Shown in pieces: positions 41,881-54,275 of a DNA stretch of 64,000 nt; position 1 is the stretch's first letter; every line of letters begins with the position of its first letter. A program made the position numbers and the translations under genes. Origin of the DNA: an uncultured Acidobacteriota bacterium (GTDB lineage Bacteria; Acidobacteriota; UBA6911); assembly GCA_963827655.1 (NCBI GenBank), contig CAWHCF010000002.1:1-64000 (forward strand), in the 5' to 3' direction. The notes under the pieces are model-generated. The model was not told the DNA's origin and made no database searches. It worked only from the letters and a program-made list of their open reading frames with translations.

Positions 41881-43195
41881 TCAATTGGCGGTCTGAGGCT
41901 TTCTCTTCCCATACAGCGATTTGGGGTCGACCCGAGAATCCACGCTGAAGTCGAAGAATCCAGCCAGCATCTCTTCCCAGCTCTGATCCCCCCAGCGCAC
42001 TTCCGCCGTAGGATCGGGATTAGCTGCATTATCGGCGGAGTTGTCAAAGTAGGCAGTACATTCGAGGCGAGTCCCCTTCGGGAGCACGATCGGCTTTTGC
42101 AGGTAGTAGAAAAGCTGCCAGTTGAAATCGTACCGGGGCACGCTCAGCAAAACTTCGGACCGGCCGTCCGGGTATACGGCTCGATACTCAAATCCCTTGC
42201 CGCGCACGTGCATGTGCGGAAAGAGACTCGTCAATGTGACGTTCTGGTCGAAGGTCACCCGGGCTTCGACTCGATGACTGGGCGCCCCGGCTGGGATGAC
42301 GAATTTCGTGTTGGCCACAAACGCCGACACCACTCGCTCTACCGGCTGCTCCTTGGCAAAAATGAAGCCCAGGCCGGTGCGGTCCCTGGTAGCCTCGCCG
42401 TTGGTGGTGTAGTGCATTTGCAAGACGATGTCCGAGCCAGCCTTGATCAACTTGGCCTGGCCCGGCTTGTAGATCTGGGCCGACGTACCCGGCACATAGA
42501 CAGCCAGTATCTCCGGTTCCCAGGTGATCTCACCCACGCCGTCGTCCGGCAGCTCTGCGCTGGCGCGACGAGTTCGGAGCCGCGAGAGGTCTACCTGGTC
42601 TGGCTGCCGCCAGTAACTTGGATCCCGGCTCCCGGACGAACGCGACGATATGATGGACCACCGCGCGATTCGTCGGGCGAATCTCGACCCTCTCGATCCA
42701 TTTGTCCTCTGTGAATCCGGTTGGAATGAGAATGAACTGGTAGTCGATGGTCCCGGAAGCGGGAAGCTGGAAATCCTCGGCCATTTCCACAACCGCGTCA
42801 GGTTTTCCGATACTCCACCCTTCCGCGAACTGGAGCGGTTTCGGCGCATCTTTCGGATTACCCTCGCGCGCACCGCCATCGACCCACGCGACCAGCGTGT
42901 TGATGTCTGATTGTGACAGAGAGCGCTCGTTGGAAAACTTCCCGTGGTTGGGATCGGCAAACCAGGGCGGCATGCGCCTGGACACTACCTCCTCGCGGAT
43001 AGCCTTAGCCCAGGGCCGCGCCTGATCGTAGGTGAGCAATGGCATCGGGGCCGCTTCTCCGGGCCGATGGCATGTCTGGCAGTTGCGCTGCAAGATTGGA
43101 AGCGCGTCTTTGTTGAAGGTTACCTGGGATGAAGGGAGCGCGGCAGCGCCCACCAGGAGCATTGCCAGCGCGACCACGCCGACTCGCAAACGCAT
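41881..43195 (-). CDS. Secreted cytochrome c (CxxCH) fused to a type II copper monooxygenase-like domain; frameshift near 42565
   Basis: Motifs CQTCH, MPPW, VVHH, LQMHY, PHMHVRG, YDFNWQ and EEM. Confidence 0.75.
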
Positions 43196-43325
43196 ATATC
43201 ACCTCTTCACGTATGTCAGGGTCTCGTCACGACGGTTACCCGTAGCGCAAGCCAGTATAACGCAACGATAGGCCCAATTGTTCCAGCTATCCAACTTCGG
43301 CGCAGCTTTGCGCCTTCACCTCTTA

Positions 43326-43464
43326 GGGCTCGCGCAGAAATAACTTCACATTCTGGCGCGAGGGTCGGTGCTCAATCATGGACCAGTTTCTGTTTGCTAA
43401 CACGCTGAGGCTCGCGCCTCCAGCGGGCCTGCAGCAGAATGCGAACTTATTTCTGCGCGAACCC
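43326..43464. mobile_element. MITE, 139 bp, IS5-family-like ends
   Basis: 30-bp terminal inverted repeats GGG(C/T)TCGCGCAGAAATAA(C/G)TTC(A/G)CATTCTG with 3 mismatches, flanked by a TTA duplication. Confidence 0.85.
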
Positions 43465-43639
43465 TTAGGATTTCACCAACCACGGAAGACACTACGATAC
43501 CACGCCTTCGTTTGCGGCTGAAACCAACTCGCTCGTTGGGACCGTTCAGTCCTTCCCGTTCCCGAATATGTTATGATCCGTGTCGAAATGCGGGCTCGAT
43601 CGAAGCAAGTCCATCTGTCGCGCCCCGCTATCAAACGAC

Positions 43640-45379
<1,740 letters not shown>

Positions 45380-45388
<9 letters not shown>

Positions 45389-45478
45389 GATCTAGGATTC
45401 AGGATTCAGGGATTCGGGACCGTAGGTTGGTGCCTCTTTCGGAACTTCAATCCGCAATCTGCAATCCGCAATCGAAAT
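45380..45478. repeat. Heptamer arrays (AGGATCT/AGGATTC)n and (CAATCCG)n at the glnS/gltX junction
   Basis: Read directly from the sequence. Confidence 0.85.
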
Positions 45479-47004
45479 CACTCGCGCCGGCCGTACAGAG
45501 TCTCGTAGGTTTTCTCGACCGCCTTCAGTCCTTTTGCCGAGAGTCCTCCCAGAGCCCCAAGAGCGCGCCGGAGGCGCATCCGGACCAGGTCTGAACCGAG
45601 TATCTCCATGGACTGGAACAGCGGCGTTGCGACCTCAGTACCAGTCACGGCGACGTAGAACGGTGGGAGTAATTCGCGAAGCTTGAGGCTGAATTTTTCG
45701 GCCAGATCGCGGAAGACCTGCTCGAGCGCGTCGCCGGTAAACTCTCGAACCTGCTCGAGCCTCCAGATCGCGATCTGCAGCAGGGCCAGCAATTCCTCTT
45801 GAGTCTTTCCCTTGAGCTTCAGCTTTTCCGGATCGAAGGGTACTTCGTCGGCAAAGAAAAACGCCGTCAGGTAGCCCCAGTCGGACAGTGTTTCCAGCCT
45901 GGGCTGGGCCAGCGGAATGATGCGATCCAGCGTATGCCGGCCCAGCGCCCATCTCTCGAGCGCTGCGCGCAGCGAAGCGGTATCGTAGTTCTCGCGGATA
46001 TACCGGCCGTTCAGCCAGCGCAGCTTCTGCATATCGAACACGGGGCCACCGAGCGAGATATCTTCCAGCCTGAAGTTTCGGATCAGTTCTTCCACAGTAA
46101 ACTTCTCGTCCCCCTCGGCGCGCGACCAGCCCATGAGGCCTATGAAATTCAAGAGTGCTTCGGGCAAGAAGCCGGCGCGGCGATAGTAACCGATCGAGGT
46201 TGGATTCTTGCGTTTGGATAGCTTGGACCGCGTCGGGTCGTTATTCCGCAGCAGGGGGAGATGGCAGAAGATGGGCGGCTCCCAGCCAAGATATTCGTAG
46301 AGTTTGAGGTGCTTCGGAACGGAGTTGATCCATTCTTCGCCCCGAATCACGTGGGTGATTCCCATCAAGTGGTCGTCCACGACATTGGCGAGGTGGTAAG
46401 TCGGGAATTCATCGGATTTGAGAAGGATCTGGTCGTCAATCGTCTCCCAGTCCTTGTGAATTTCTCCGCGCAGGAGATCTCGCATGACGCAGCTGCCGCT
46501 CAGCGGTACCTTCATCCGCACCACGAATGGCTCACCGGCGCCGGCGCGGCGGATCGAGACTTCAGGCGGGATGTCGCGGCAACTTCGGTCATAGCCCGGA
46601 AACAGCTTCTTGTCGCGATTGGCGGCGCGCATTTGCTCGAGCCGCTCCTGAGTGCAAAAGCAGCGATACGCGTCTCCGGCCTCGAGAAGTCGACGAACGT
46701 GTTCGCGGTAGATTTCGGTCCGCTCGCTCTGCCGGTACGGGGCATGAGGACCGCCGATATCGGGACCCTCATCCCACGTAAGGCCGATCCAGCGCAAGGA
46801 TTCCAGGATCGCCTCCTCGGACTGCGTGGTCGAGCGCGCCCGATCCGTATCTTCGATGCGAAGGATGAACTGGCCTCCCTGCTGCCTGGCGAAGACATAG
46901 TTGAAAAGGGCCTGGTAGGCAGTCCCGATATGGGGATCCCCCGTCGGGGAAGGAGCGACGCGAACGCGAACGGGTGAGCGGGAGATGACGTTTTCGGGAG
47001 CCAA
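45478..47004 (-). CDS. gltX: Glutamate--tRNA ligase
   Basis: Motifs APSPTG, HIGT, RIEDTD and KLSKR. Confidence 0.97.
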   Translation of the reverse strand: MAPENVISRSPVRVRVAPSPTGDPHIGTAYQALFNYVFARQQGGQFILRIEDTDRARSTTQSEEAILESLRWIGLTWDEGPDIGGPHAPYRQSERTEIYREHVRRLLEAGDAYRCFCTQERLEQMRAANRDKKLFPGYDRSCRDIPPEVSIRRAGAGEPFVVRMKVPLSGSCVMRDLLRGEIHKDWETIDDQILLKSDEFPTYHLANVVDDHLMGITHVIRGEEWINSVPKHLKLYEYLGWEPPIFCHLPLLRNNDPTRSKLSKRKNPTSIGYYRRAGFLPEALLNFIGLMGWSRAEGDEKFTVEELIRNFRLEDISLGGPVFDMQKLRWLNGRYIRENYDTASLRAALERWALGRHTLDRIIPLAQPRLETLSDWGYLTAFFFADEVPFDPEKLKLKGKTQEELLALLQIAIWRLEQVREFTGDALEQVFRDLAEKFSLKLRELLPPFYVAVTGTEVATPLFQSMEILGSDLVRMRLRRALGALGGLSAKGLKAVEKTYETLYGRRE

Positions 47005-47109
47005 TTGTCAACCTCGGCGTCTCGGGACGGCGGATTTTTATCTTAATGCAGCACCCGAAGACGCGAAGACACCAAGGATTTTAAGCTGATCAGCGGACTG
47101 TGGCTTTCC

Positions 47110-47202
47110 TGGCGGAGAGGGGGGGATTCGAACCCCCGACACCGGTTTTGCCAGTGTAACTGCTTAGCAGGCAGCCCTGTTCGGCCACTCCAGCACCTCT
47201 CC
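47110..47202 (-). tRNA. tRNA-Ser(GCT)
   Basis: GGAGAGG acceptor stem, loop CT-GCT-AA, long variable arm, TTCGAAT and CCA. Confidence 0.97.
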
Positions 47203-47290
47203 GCAGCCGAAGCAACTTTTCCAGCCAGGCCAGACCTCGCGGGAGAGCAAATAGTAGCGAATTCAAGCACTGATTTGCCAGAAGAAACTT

Positions 47291-47395
47291 TCCGATTGCG
47301 GATTGCGGATTTCGGATTGCGGATTTCAGATTGAACAAGCATGCTCGGCACCCATTCTCTTCAATCCGCAATCCGCAATCCGCAATCTGCAATTG
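47291..47395. repeat. Inverted heptamer arrays (GATTGCG)n…(CAATCCG)n
   Basis: About 6 and 5 units facing each other in a divergent intergenic region. Confidence 0.88.
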
Positions 47396-47462
47396 GAAGA
47401 TGGCGTGCGTCGATTTTTCTCTGTAATCTTTACTTCCCATAACTCTTTGCGATTTGCGAGCC

Positions 47463-48221
47463 ATGACCATGACTCTGCGTCTGTCCATCGTCGTGCCGGC
47501 CTTCAATGAATCCGCGCGCATCGCCTCTTCGTTGCACAAAATCCGGCAGTTTCTTCTCGACGAGCGCCTGGATTCGGAAATCCTGGTAGTCAACGATGGA
47601 TCCACGGATGACACGGTGCCGGTTGTGAGAAGCCAGATGCCGGCGTTCAAATCAGTAGCTACCCTTCGTGTCCTGGAAAATCCCGGCAATCGTGGCAAGG
47701 GTTATAGCGTACGCCATGGTGTTTTGAAGTCTACGGGAGCCCAGGTGCTGTTCAGCGATGCCGACCTGTCTTGCCCGATCGAGGACTATGGCAAGCTCGC
47801 AGCCCAGCTGGCGAACGGCGCGGTTTCCATCGCCTTCGGATCGCGCGCCCTCAAGCAGTCGGAAGTTCGAATTCATCAACCGAAGGCTCGAGAATACTCC
47901 GGGCGTGTCTTCAACTTGCTCGTGCGCGCCGCTACCGGACTTCCCTTCCGCGACACTCAGTGCGGCTTCAAGCTATTCACGCGCGAGGCGGCCGATGCGG
48001 TATTCTCCCGGCAGACAGTGGAAGGGTTCGGATTTGATGTGGAGATTCTCTACATCGCGCGCAAACTGGGAATTCATGTTGCGGAAGTTCCAGTGGTCTG
48101 GGAAAACGCCGAAGGAAGCCGGGTAAGTTTTGCCAACGGCATGCGAGCTTTCCTGGACGTTCTGCGGGTGAGATACCAGGATTTCAGCGGGGCCTACGAC
48201 AAGGGAGGGGAGAATCGATAA
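47463..48221 (+). CDS. GT2 polyprenol-phosphate glycosyltransferase (ALG5/DPM1-like)
   Basis: Motifs PAFNE, NDGSTD, DAD, DTQCGFK and FDVE. Confidence 0.9.
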   Translation: MTMTLRLSIVVPAFNESARIASSLHKIRQFLLDERLDSEILVVNDGSTDDTVPVVRSQMPAFKSVATLRVLENPGNRGKGYSVRHGVLKSTGAQVLFSDADLSCPIEDYGKLAAQLANGAVSIAFGSRALKQSEVRIHQPKAREYSGRVFNLLVRAATGLPFRDTQCGFKLFTREAADAVFSRQTVEGFGFDVEILYIARKLGIHVAEVPVVWENAEGSRVSFANGMRAFLDVLRVRYQDFSGAYDKGGENR

Positions 48222-48967
48222 TGACAAAGCTGGGAGTTAACATCGATCACGTTGCTACCATTCGCCAGGCGCGCAAGGCTCCTGAGCCGGACCCGGTCGC
48301 TGCGGCGGTGCTGGCCGAACTGGCGGGAGCCGATGGCATCACCGTCCACCTCAGGGGAGATCGGCGTCATATGCAGGATGCCGACGTTCGGCGGCTGAGG
48401 GAAACCGTGACAACCCGTCTCAACCTGGAGATGGCTCCCACTCGCGAGATGGTCCGGATAGCGTTGGAGCTCCGTCCGGACCAGATCACGCTGGTTCCCG
48501 AACGCCCCGGTGAGATCACCACGGAAGGAGGTCTCAATGTGGTGGCCAACGTGAAGGCGATCTCGTCTGCGCTGCGTCAACTGCAAACGAAGGATCTTCC
48601 GGTCAGCCTGTTCATCGATCCGGACCCGGAACAGGTCGATGCCGCCGCCAGGCTCGGAGTGGAAATGATGGAGATCAACACGCGGGCCTATGCCGAAACT
48701 GCCCCGCGCAGCCCGGACCTGGGCGGGGCGGCAGTGAAGCAAGAGCTGGCGAAGGTGGCGGCGGCGGCCGAGCGCGGGGCCAGCCATGGGTTGAAGATAC
48801 TTGCCGGTCATGGTCTGACCTATCGCAATGTCACCCTCATCTCGAATATTCCGGAAATCGAAGAGCTGAACATCGGGCACAACATCATTGCCCGGGCCGC
48901 GCTGGTGGGCATGGAGCGCGCCGTGCGCGAAATGCTTCTCGCCATGGGGCGTCAGATCAACTGGTGA
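48221..48967 (+). CDS. pdxJ: Pyridoxine 5'-phosphate synthase
   Basis: Motifs [20 protein letters not shown] and AGHGL. Confidence 0.97.
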   Translation: MTKLGVNIDHVATIRQARKAPEPDPVAAAVLAELAGADGITVHLRGDRRHMQDADVRRLRETVTTRLNLEMAPTREMVRIALELRPDQITLVPERPGEITTEGGLNVVANVKAISSALRQLQTKDLPVSLFIDPDPEQVDAAARLGVEMMEINTRAYAETAPRSPDLGGAAVKQELAKVAAAAERGASHGLKILAGHGLTYRNVTLISNIPEIEELNIGHNIIARAALVGMERAVREMLLAMGRQINW

Positions 48968-49097
48968 TGAGGCCCGGGCGTCGAACGGCCGGGGCGCATT
49001 TCCGAAACAAATACCACCAAGACACCAAGAACGAAGAAACACCAAGAATCGTGGCAAAAAAACAAGGAAGCGCCGTGACGCAAAGGCATCAAGCGGC

Positions 49098-49937
49098 ATG
49101 ACGCCAGGAACCCTTTACATCGTCGCAACTCCAATCGGAAATCTTGAGGATATTACCCTGCGCGCCCTTCAGGTTCTGCGCGCAGTCGATCTGATAGCGT
49201 GCGAAGACACTCGATACAGCGCCAGGCTGCTCGCGCATTACGGCATTATTAAGCCCCGCGAGAGTTATCACGACCACAACGAAAGAGAACGAACCCCATT
49301 CCTGCTTCAAATGCTGCACAGTGGCCGGAACATCGGGCTGATCTCGGATTCCGGCACTCCGTTAATTTCGGACCCCGGATACGTGCTGGTGTCCGCTTGC
49401 CGCAAGGAAGGAATCCCGGTTGTACCGATTCCCGGTCCCTCGGCTGTTATCGCAGCCCTGGCAGGATCCGGTCTGCCCATGAGCCGTTTCTATTTTGTTG
49501 GATTTCTCCCTCCGCGAAGCAAGGCACGAAAGGCCGAGCTTGAACAGCTGAGAGATATACCCGCCACGCTGATCTTTTACGAAGCGCCGCACCGGCTGCT
49601 GGCAACCCTTGCCGATATCAGCGCCATCCTGGGGTCTCGTCCTGCCTGCCTCGCCCGTGAATTGACCAAGATGCACGAGGAGTGGACCCGCGGCACGCTC
49701 ACAGAGCTTCTCGAGATCATGAGCGCGCGCGCGAAAATCCGGGGCGAGATTACCCTGGTGGTAGGTCCGGGCCAGGCCGGAATACCGGAGATCTCCGCCA
49801 GCGTCTCGCTGAAACAGGCCGTCGAGGACGAAATCCGCAAGACCGGCCTTTCACACAAGGAGGCTTTGAGAGAAATCGCTCGCCGTCTAGGGGTCTCCCG
49901 GAAGGACGCTTACCGGCGACTGATCGAGGAGAAGTAA
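49098..49937 (+). CDS. rsmI: 16S rRNA C1402 2'-O-methyltransferase
   Basis: Motifs ATPIGNLED, EDTR, SDPG and RELTK. Confidence 0.96.
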   Translation: MTPGTLYIVATPIGNLEDITLRALQVLRAVDLIACEDTRYSARLLAHYGIIKPRESYHDHNERERTPFLLQMLHSGRNIGLISDSGTPLISDPGYVLVSACRKEGIPVVPIPGPSAVIAALAGSGLPMSRFYFVGFLPPRSKARKAELEQLRDIPATLIFYEAPHRLLATLADISAILGSRPACLARELTKMHEEWTRGTLTELLEIMSARAKIRGEITLVVGPGQAGIPEISASVSLKQAVEDEIRKTGLSHKEALREIARRLGVSRKDAYRRLIEEK

Positions 49938-49970
49938 TTCTTGTTCGCGCGGCTTGGCGGTAAGTGGGGT

Positions 49971-51428
49971 TCACAAAAACTTGAACGGAGGAGCGGTCAC
50001 GGGATACGCCCGCGCGTACGCTTCAGCGATCCTGAGGATGGTAGCCTCCTGAAACTGATTGGCGTGAAGTTGCAGGCCGATTGGTAAACCGTCCGCAGTA
50101 AACGCGCAGGGGATGGATAGAGAAGGAATACCTGCCAGGTTCGCGGTAACCGTGAAAATATCCGAGAGATACATCGCCAGCGGGTCGTCTGTTTTCTCGC
50201 CAATCTTGAAAGGCGGCGTCGGGCTTACAGGCGTTACGAGCGCATCCACTCTTTCAAAGGCTTGTTCGTAGTCCTTCTTTATGAGCGTGCGAACCTGCAT
50301 GGCGCGCCGATAGTAAGCATCGTAGTATCCCGAGGAGAGGGCGTAGGTACCAATCATGATCCGGCGCTTCACCTCGGGGCCGAAGCCCTCGCATCGGCTT
50401 CTGCTGTACATCTCGGATAAATCTCGAGGGTTCGGCACGCGGTATCCATATCGCACGCCGTCGTAGCGCGCCAGGTTCGAGCTGGCCTCTGCCGGCGCAA
50501 TGATATAGTAGTCGGCCACCGCATATTCCGTGTGGGGCAGCGAGACGTCGACGATCTCGCAGTCCAGGGCCGCCAGATCTCTGATCGCCTGGTCGATGGC
50601 AAGCTTGATCCGCCCATCGAGCCCCGCGCCGAAGAACTCTCGCGGGATTCCCAGCCTCATGCCCCGAACGCTGTCTTTCAGCTCAGACAAGTAGTCCGGC
50701 ACCGGAACCGGGGCCGAAGTTGCGTCATGTTCGTCCCGACCGGAAATCACCGACAGAAACAGGGCCATATCCCGGGCCGAGCGGGCGAACGTGCCGATGC
50801 AGTCCAGCGATGACGCGAAAGCGACGAGCCCGTATCTCGAAATTCGGCCATACGTGGGCTTCAGCCCCATGACGTTGCAGAATGAGGCGGGCTGGCGTAC
50901 CGATCCGCCGGTTTCAGAACCGAGCCCCAGAGATGCCATTGCGGTCGACACGGCTACGGCGCTTCCGCCGCTGCTTCCTCCAGGAACGCGGTCCAGGTCA
51001 AACGGATTGCGCGTAACCTGGTAAGCCGAGTTTTCGGTGGAGGAGCCCATACCGAATTCGTCGCAATTGGTTTTGCCGATGACGAACGCGCCCGCTCGCT
51101 CCAGCCGTTCGACCACGGTTGCATTGTAGGGAGGTGTGTAGTTGTGAAGGATCTTCGAACCGCACGTGGTCCGCAGGTGACGGGTGCAAATATTGTCTTT
51201 GACCGCGACCGGGACGCCGGCGAGTGGAAGCTCTCTTTCCCCCTGAGCAACGAGTCGATCGATCTCTTGCGCCCGAGTCCGGACCCGCTCCCGTTCCACT
51301 GAAAGAAAGGCGGCGAGTTTTGAATCGAAATCGTCAATTCGCTTCAGACAGGTCTCTGCCACTTCGCCGGCGGAGATCTTCCGCGATCTCACACTCTCGC
51401 TGATTTCCAGCGCGCTGATAAAGTCCAC
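49971..51428 (-). CDS. gatA: Asp/Glu-tRNA amidotransferase subunit A
   Basis: Motifs KDNI, GGSSGGS, GGSVRQPA and EVKRRI. Confidence 0.97.
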   Translation of the reverse strand: MDFISALEISESVRSRKISAGEVAETCLKRIDDFDSKLAAFLSVERERVRTRAQEIDRLVAQGERELPLAGVPVAVKDNICTRHLRTTCGSKILHNYTPPYNATVVERLERAGAFVIGKTNCDEFGMGSSTENSAYQVTRNPFDLDRVPGGSSGGSAVAVSTAMASLGLGSETGGSVRQPASFCNVMGLKPTYGRISRYGLVAFASSLDCIGTFARSARDMALFLSVISGRDEHDATSAPVPVPDYLSELKDSVRGMRLGIPREFFGAGLDGRIKLAIDQAIRDLAALDCEIVDVSLPHTEYAVADYYIIAPAEASSNLARYDGVRYGYRVPNPRDLSEMYSRSRCEGFGPEVKRRIMIGTYALSSGYYDAYYRRAMQVRTLIKKDYEQAFERVDALVTPVSPTPPFKIGEKTDDPLAMYLSDIFTVTANLAGIPSLSIPCAFTADGLPIGLQLHANQFQEATILRIAEAYARAYPVTAPPFKFL

Positions 51429-51446
51429 GTCGGCCTTGGAGCGAAA

Positions 51447-51743
51447 TCAAATGACTCTGGGAACGCTAAAATGTCCGTTGCCGGAATCGGGAGCATTGGC
51501 CAGCGATTCCTCAAGCGGCAGCGACGGCTTGATCTCGTCTTCTCGGAAGATGTATTGCTCGAAATCTTTCGTCAGGGAGACATGGCTTGTGGCTTCTATG
51601 CCGGCGGTGTCGACTTCGCGCAGTTTTTCGATGTAGTCGAGGATATGCTGGAACTGGCGCGTGAACGCCTCCGCCTCAGCTTCATCGAAATGAAGATGGG
51701 CCAGATCGGCAATTTTCAAGACATCATCCAGAGTTACAGGCAT
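51447..51743 (-). CDS. gatC: Asp/Glu-tRNA amidotransferase subunit C
   Basis: IADLAHL…FREDE…NAP…VPRVI; lies upstream of gatA. Confidence 0.93.
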   Translation of the reverse strand: MPVTLDDVLKIADLAHLHFDEAEAEAFTRQFQHILDYIEKLREVDTAGIEATSHVSLTKDFEQYIFREDEIKPSLPLEESLANAPDSGNGHFSVPRVI

Positions 51744-51771
51744 CGTCTTTAACGTGTTGAACGCGGGAGGT

Positions 51772-52767
51772 TTACGAAACCCTGCGAGTTTTCGGAACAC
51801 TTTCGGCGAGAAGCGCCGGAGCCGCCCGTTTCAGCCAGTCGAAGTACCTTCGCGCCTTCAAAATGTCTTTGCGAATCTGGGTCGCGAGAGCATCCTTGCC
51901 GGAAAACTTCCGTTCTTCCCGCAGCCGCAGCAGAAACTCAACCGTGACATTCCGGCCATAAAGATTCTGGCCGAAGTCCAGCACATAGGTCTCAACCGTC
52001 ACGGCAGCGCCACCCGCTGCGGCCGTGACCGTCGGGCGCACCCCGATGTTGGTCACGGCAGGATGACGTCTCCCGTCGACAATCAGCAGCGTAACATACA
52101 CTCCGTTCCGCGGAATCAATTCGTTGGGGCTTTTCAGGTTTGCCGTCGGGAAGGCGATTCCGGCGCCCGTCGCTGTTCCGTGGACGATCTCGCCTGCGAG
52201 CGCATAAGGCCGGTCCAGCAGCCGGCGAGCCAGCGCGACTTGTCCCGCGAGCAGCGCCTGGCGCACTGCGGTACTCGAAACCCGGCTGCCGCGAAACTGT
52301 ACCTGTCGGATCTTTCCGACTGCAAAACCCTTTTCCTCACCAATCTCTCTCAGAAGATTGAAGCTCCCTTCCCTGCGATGGCCGAAAGCGAAGTTGGGCC
52401 CGACGTAAATCTCCTGCAGCTTCATTTGATCCCACAGGATTCGCGTCGCGAAATCGCGCGCGCTTGTTTGGGCAAACTCCAAGGTAAATGGGATCACTAT
52501 GACCATCTGGATCCCGAGCATTTCAACCGTTATCAGTTTCTGGCTGAGAGTCTGGATCTGCCGGGGGGCGTTGTAAGGCGCCAATACTTGAAGGGGATGA
52601 GGATGAAAGGTCACTACCGTGGGAGTTCCGGCGATTTTTTCCGCCCGTTTCACCAGATCGAGCATGAGCTGCTGGTGACCCAGATGCACGCCGTCAAAAT
52701 TGCCGATCGTAGCCACAGGTCGAGGGCAGCCGTGCGGCAACTCATCCAACCCGTAAAATACCTTCAT
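51772..52767 (-). CDS. ribF: Riboflavin kinase / FAD synthetase
   Basis: Motifs GNFDGVHLGH, SST, FPTAN and NIGVRPT. Confidence 0.96.
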   Translation of the reverse strand: MKVFYGLDELPHGCPRPVATIGNFDGVHLGHQQLMLDLVKRAEKIAGTPTVVTFHPHPLQVLAPYNAPRQIQTLSQKLITVEMLGIQMVIVIPFTLEFAQTSARDFATRILWDQMKLQEIYVGPNFAFGHRREGSFNLLREIGEEKGFAVGKIRQVQFRGSRVSSTAVRQALLAGQVALARRLLDRPYALAGEIVHGTATGAGIAFPTANLKSPNELIPRNGVYVTLLIVDGRRHPAVTNIGVRPTVTAAAGGAAVTVETYVLDFGQNLYGRNVTVEFLLRLREERKFSGKDALATQIRKDILKARRYFDWLKRAAPALLAESVPKTRRVS

Positions 52768-52774
52768 GCCCTCT

Positions 52775-53200
52775 TTATAACTTGATCCTGCTGGTTTTGG
52801 CCATGAACTTCATCCGCAGTTCGTAGAGCACGCTGTCCAGAAGCTCATCTTCCTCCTTGGACAGATTTCCACGGGTCTTCTCCTGCAAGATCGTCAGTAT
52901 GTCCACCGTGTGGCGGGCGGACTGCAGATCCTCCTCTTTCTTGTTGGTATACGGATTAGGAACTTCTCCCAGAAGCACCAATCCCTGGGTGTAATAGGAC
53001 AAAACGTAGGATGGAAAGTCGATGCGGGCGCCGGTTCCCGGAGCCTCTTGATTGGAAGGCTCACTCTCGGCGACTTTGAAGGGTTCCGCTTTCTCCTTCG
53101 GAGGCTCCGGCGGAGGGGTCTCCTGCCGGATTTCGCCGTCTTCGCGAAACAATCTTCTGTCAGTGACCTTAAACCCGCTGTCTTCTTCTTCTTTTGTCAT
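52775..53200 (-). CDS. DUF1844 protein
   Basis: FKVTDRR; LQEKTRGNL…LYELRM. Confidence 0.85.
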   Translation of the reverse strand: MTKEEEDSGFKVTDRRLFREDGEIRQETPPPEPPKEKAEPFKVAESEPSNQEAPGTGARIDFPSYVLSYYTQGLVLLGEVPNPYTNKKEEDLQSARHTVDILTILQEKTRGNLSKEEDELLDSVLYELRMKFMAKTSRIKL

Positions 53201-53303
53201 AAGACAATCCTGATTGAATGCGGCTCACGGTCCGAAAACCGCAAATGCTATCACCCTGTTTGCGGTGGCTCAAGGAAAATAGCGGCGCTCAGCCCGCCCA
53301 ACA

Positions 53304-53328
53304 GCCTACTGCTTACTGCCTACTGCTG
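53304..53328. repeat. Heptamer array (GCCTACT) x3
   Basis: gcctact-gcttact-gcctact-gc upstream of mazG. Confidence 0.65.
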
Positions 53329-53363
53329 TGCTAGACTCTCGCCTCCTGCGGAGAGACGCGCCC

Positions 53364-54182
53364 TTGTCAAAGCGAGCGGACATTCAGAAACTGGTAGACC
53401 TGGTCGAGCGTCTGCGGGGACCGGACGGCTGCCCATGGGATAGAGAACAAACCCGCGAAACGCTTAAGCCGATGCTGATCGAAGAGGCCTATGAGGTGCT
53501 CGACGCACTCGACTCACACGATCCGAAGGAACTGAGGGAGGAGTTGGGTGATCTACTCTTTCAGGTCCTCTTTCACGCCCGGATAGCCGACGAGAAGGGC
53601 GAGTTTCACCTGGCCGACATCATCGACCGCCTCCATGAAAAAATGGTCCGCCGTCACCCCCACGTCTTCGGAAACGCCGACCTTAAGACTGCGCAGGACG
53701 TCCTCCGCAACTGGGAAGACATCAAGGCCGACGAAAAAGGAACCAGGTCTTCTTCCAGCCCCGATTCGACGCAATCGATCCTGGATGGACTTCCCTCGCG
53801 CCTGCCCGCGTTGCATCAGGCCTACCAGATGACAGCCAAGGCCGCGCGCGTCGGCTTCGACTGGAGTCGTCTGGAGGACATCCTCTTGAAACTGCGGGAG
53901 GAAGCCGAGGAACTGCTGGAAGCCCAACGGAATTCGCGGGCGGCGGAGCTTGCCGGGGAAGTCGGAGATCTCTTGTTCGTCGCCGTCAACGTCGCCCGCT
54001 TCCTTGGCGTCGACCCCGAAACCGCGCTGCGGCGGAGCAACGAGAAGTTCAGCCGGAGATTCCGATTTGTGGAATCACGAATAAAGAGTCAGGGCCGCGA
54101 GCTGAAAAATGCCACGCTTGCCGAAATGGACGCCCTGTGGGAAGAAGCCAAGCAGACGAGTGAATCAGGACCTAGGATCTAG
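53364..54182 (+). CDS. mazG: Nucleoside triphosphate pyrophosphohydrolase
   Basis: Motifs GCPWD, EELGD, RRHPHVFG and GFDW. The TTG start is uncertain. Confidence 0.95.
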   Translation: MSKRADIQKLVDLVERLRGPDGCPWDREQTRETLKPMLIEEAYEVLDALDSHDPKELREELGDLLFQVLFHARIADEKGEFHLADIIDRLHEKMVRRHPHVFGNADLKTAQDVLRNWEDIKADEKGTRSSSSPDSTQSILDGLPSRLPALHQAYQMTAKAARVGFDWSRLEDILLKLREEAEELLEAQRNSRAAELAGEVGDLLFVAVNVARFLGVDPETALRRSNEKFSRRFRFVESRIKSQGRELKNATLAEMDALWEEAKQTSESGPRI

Positions 54183-54275
54183 GATTCAGGGATCCTGCAA
54201 TCGTCAATCGGTCAATCGTAAATCGTCTGAATCCTGTTCCTGCAATCGTAAATCGTAAATCGTCAATCGTCAATC
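54161..54275. repeat. Heptamer arrays (AGGATCT)n and (CAATCGT/AAATCGT)n at the mazG/rne junction
   Basis: Read directly from the sequence. Confidence 0.85.
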
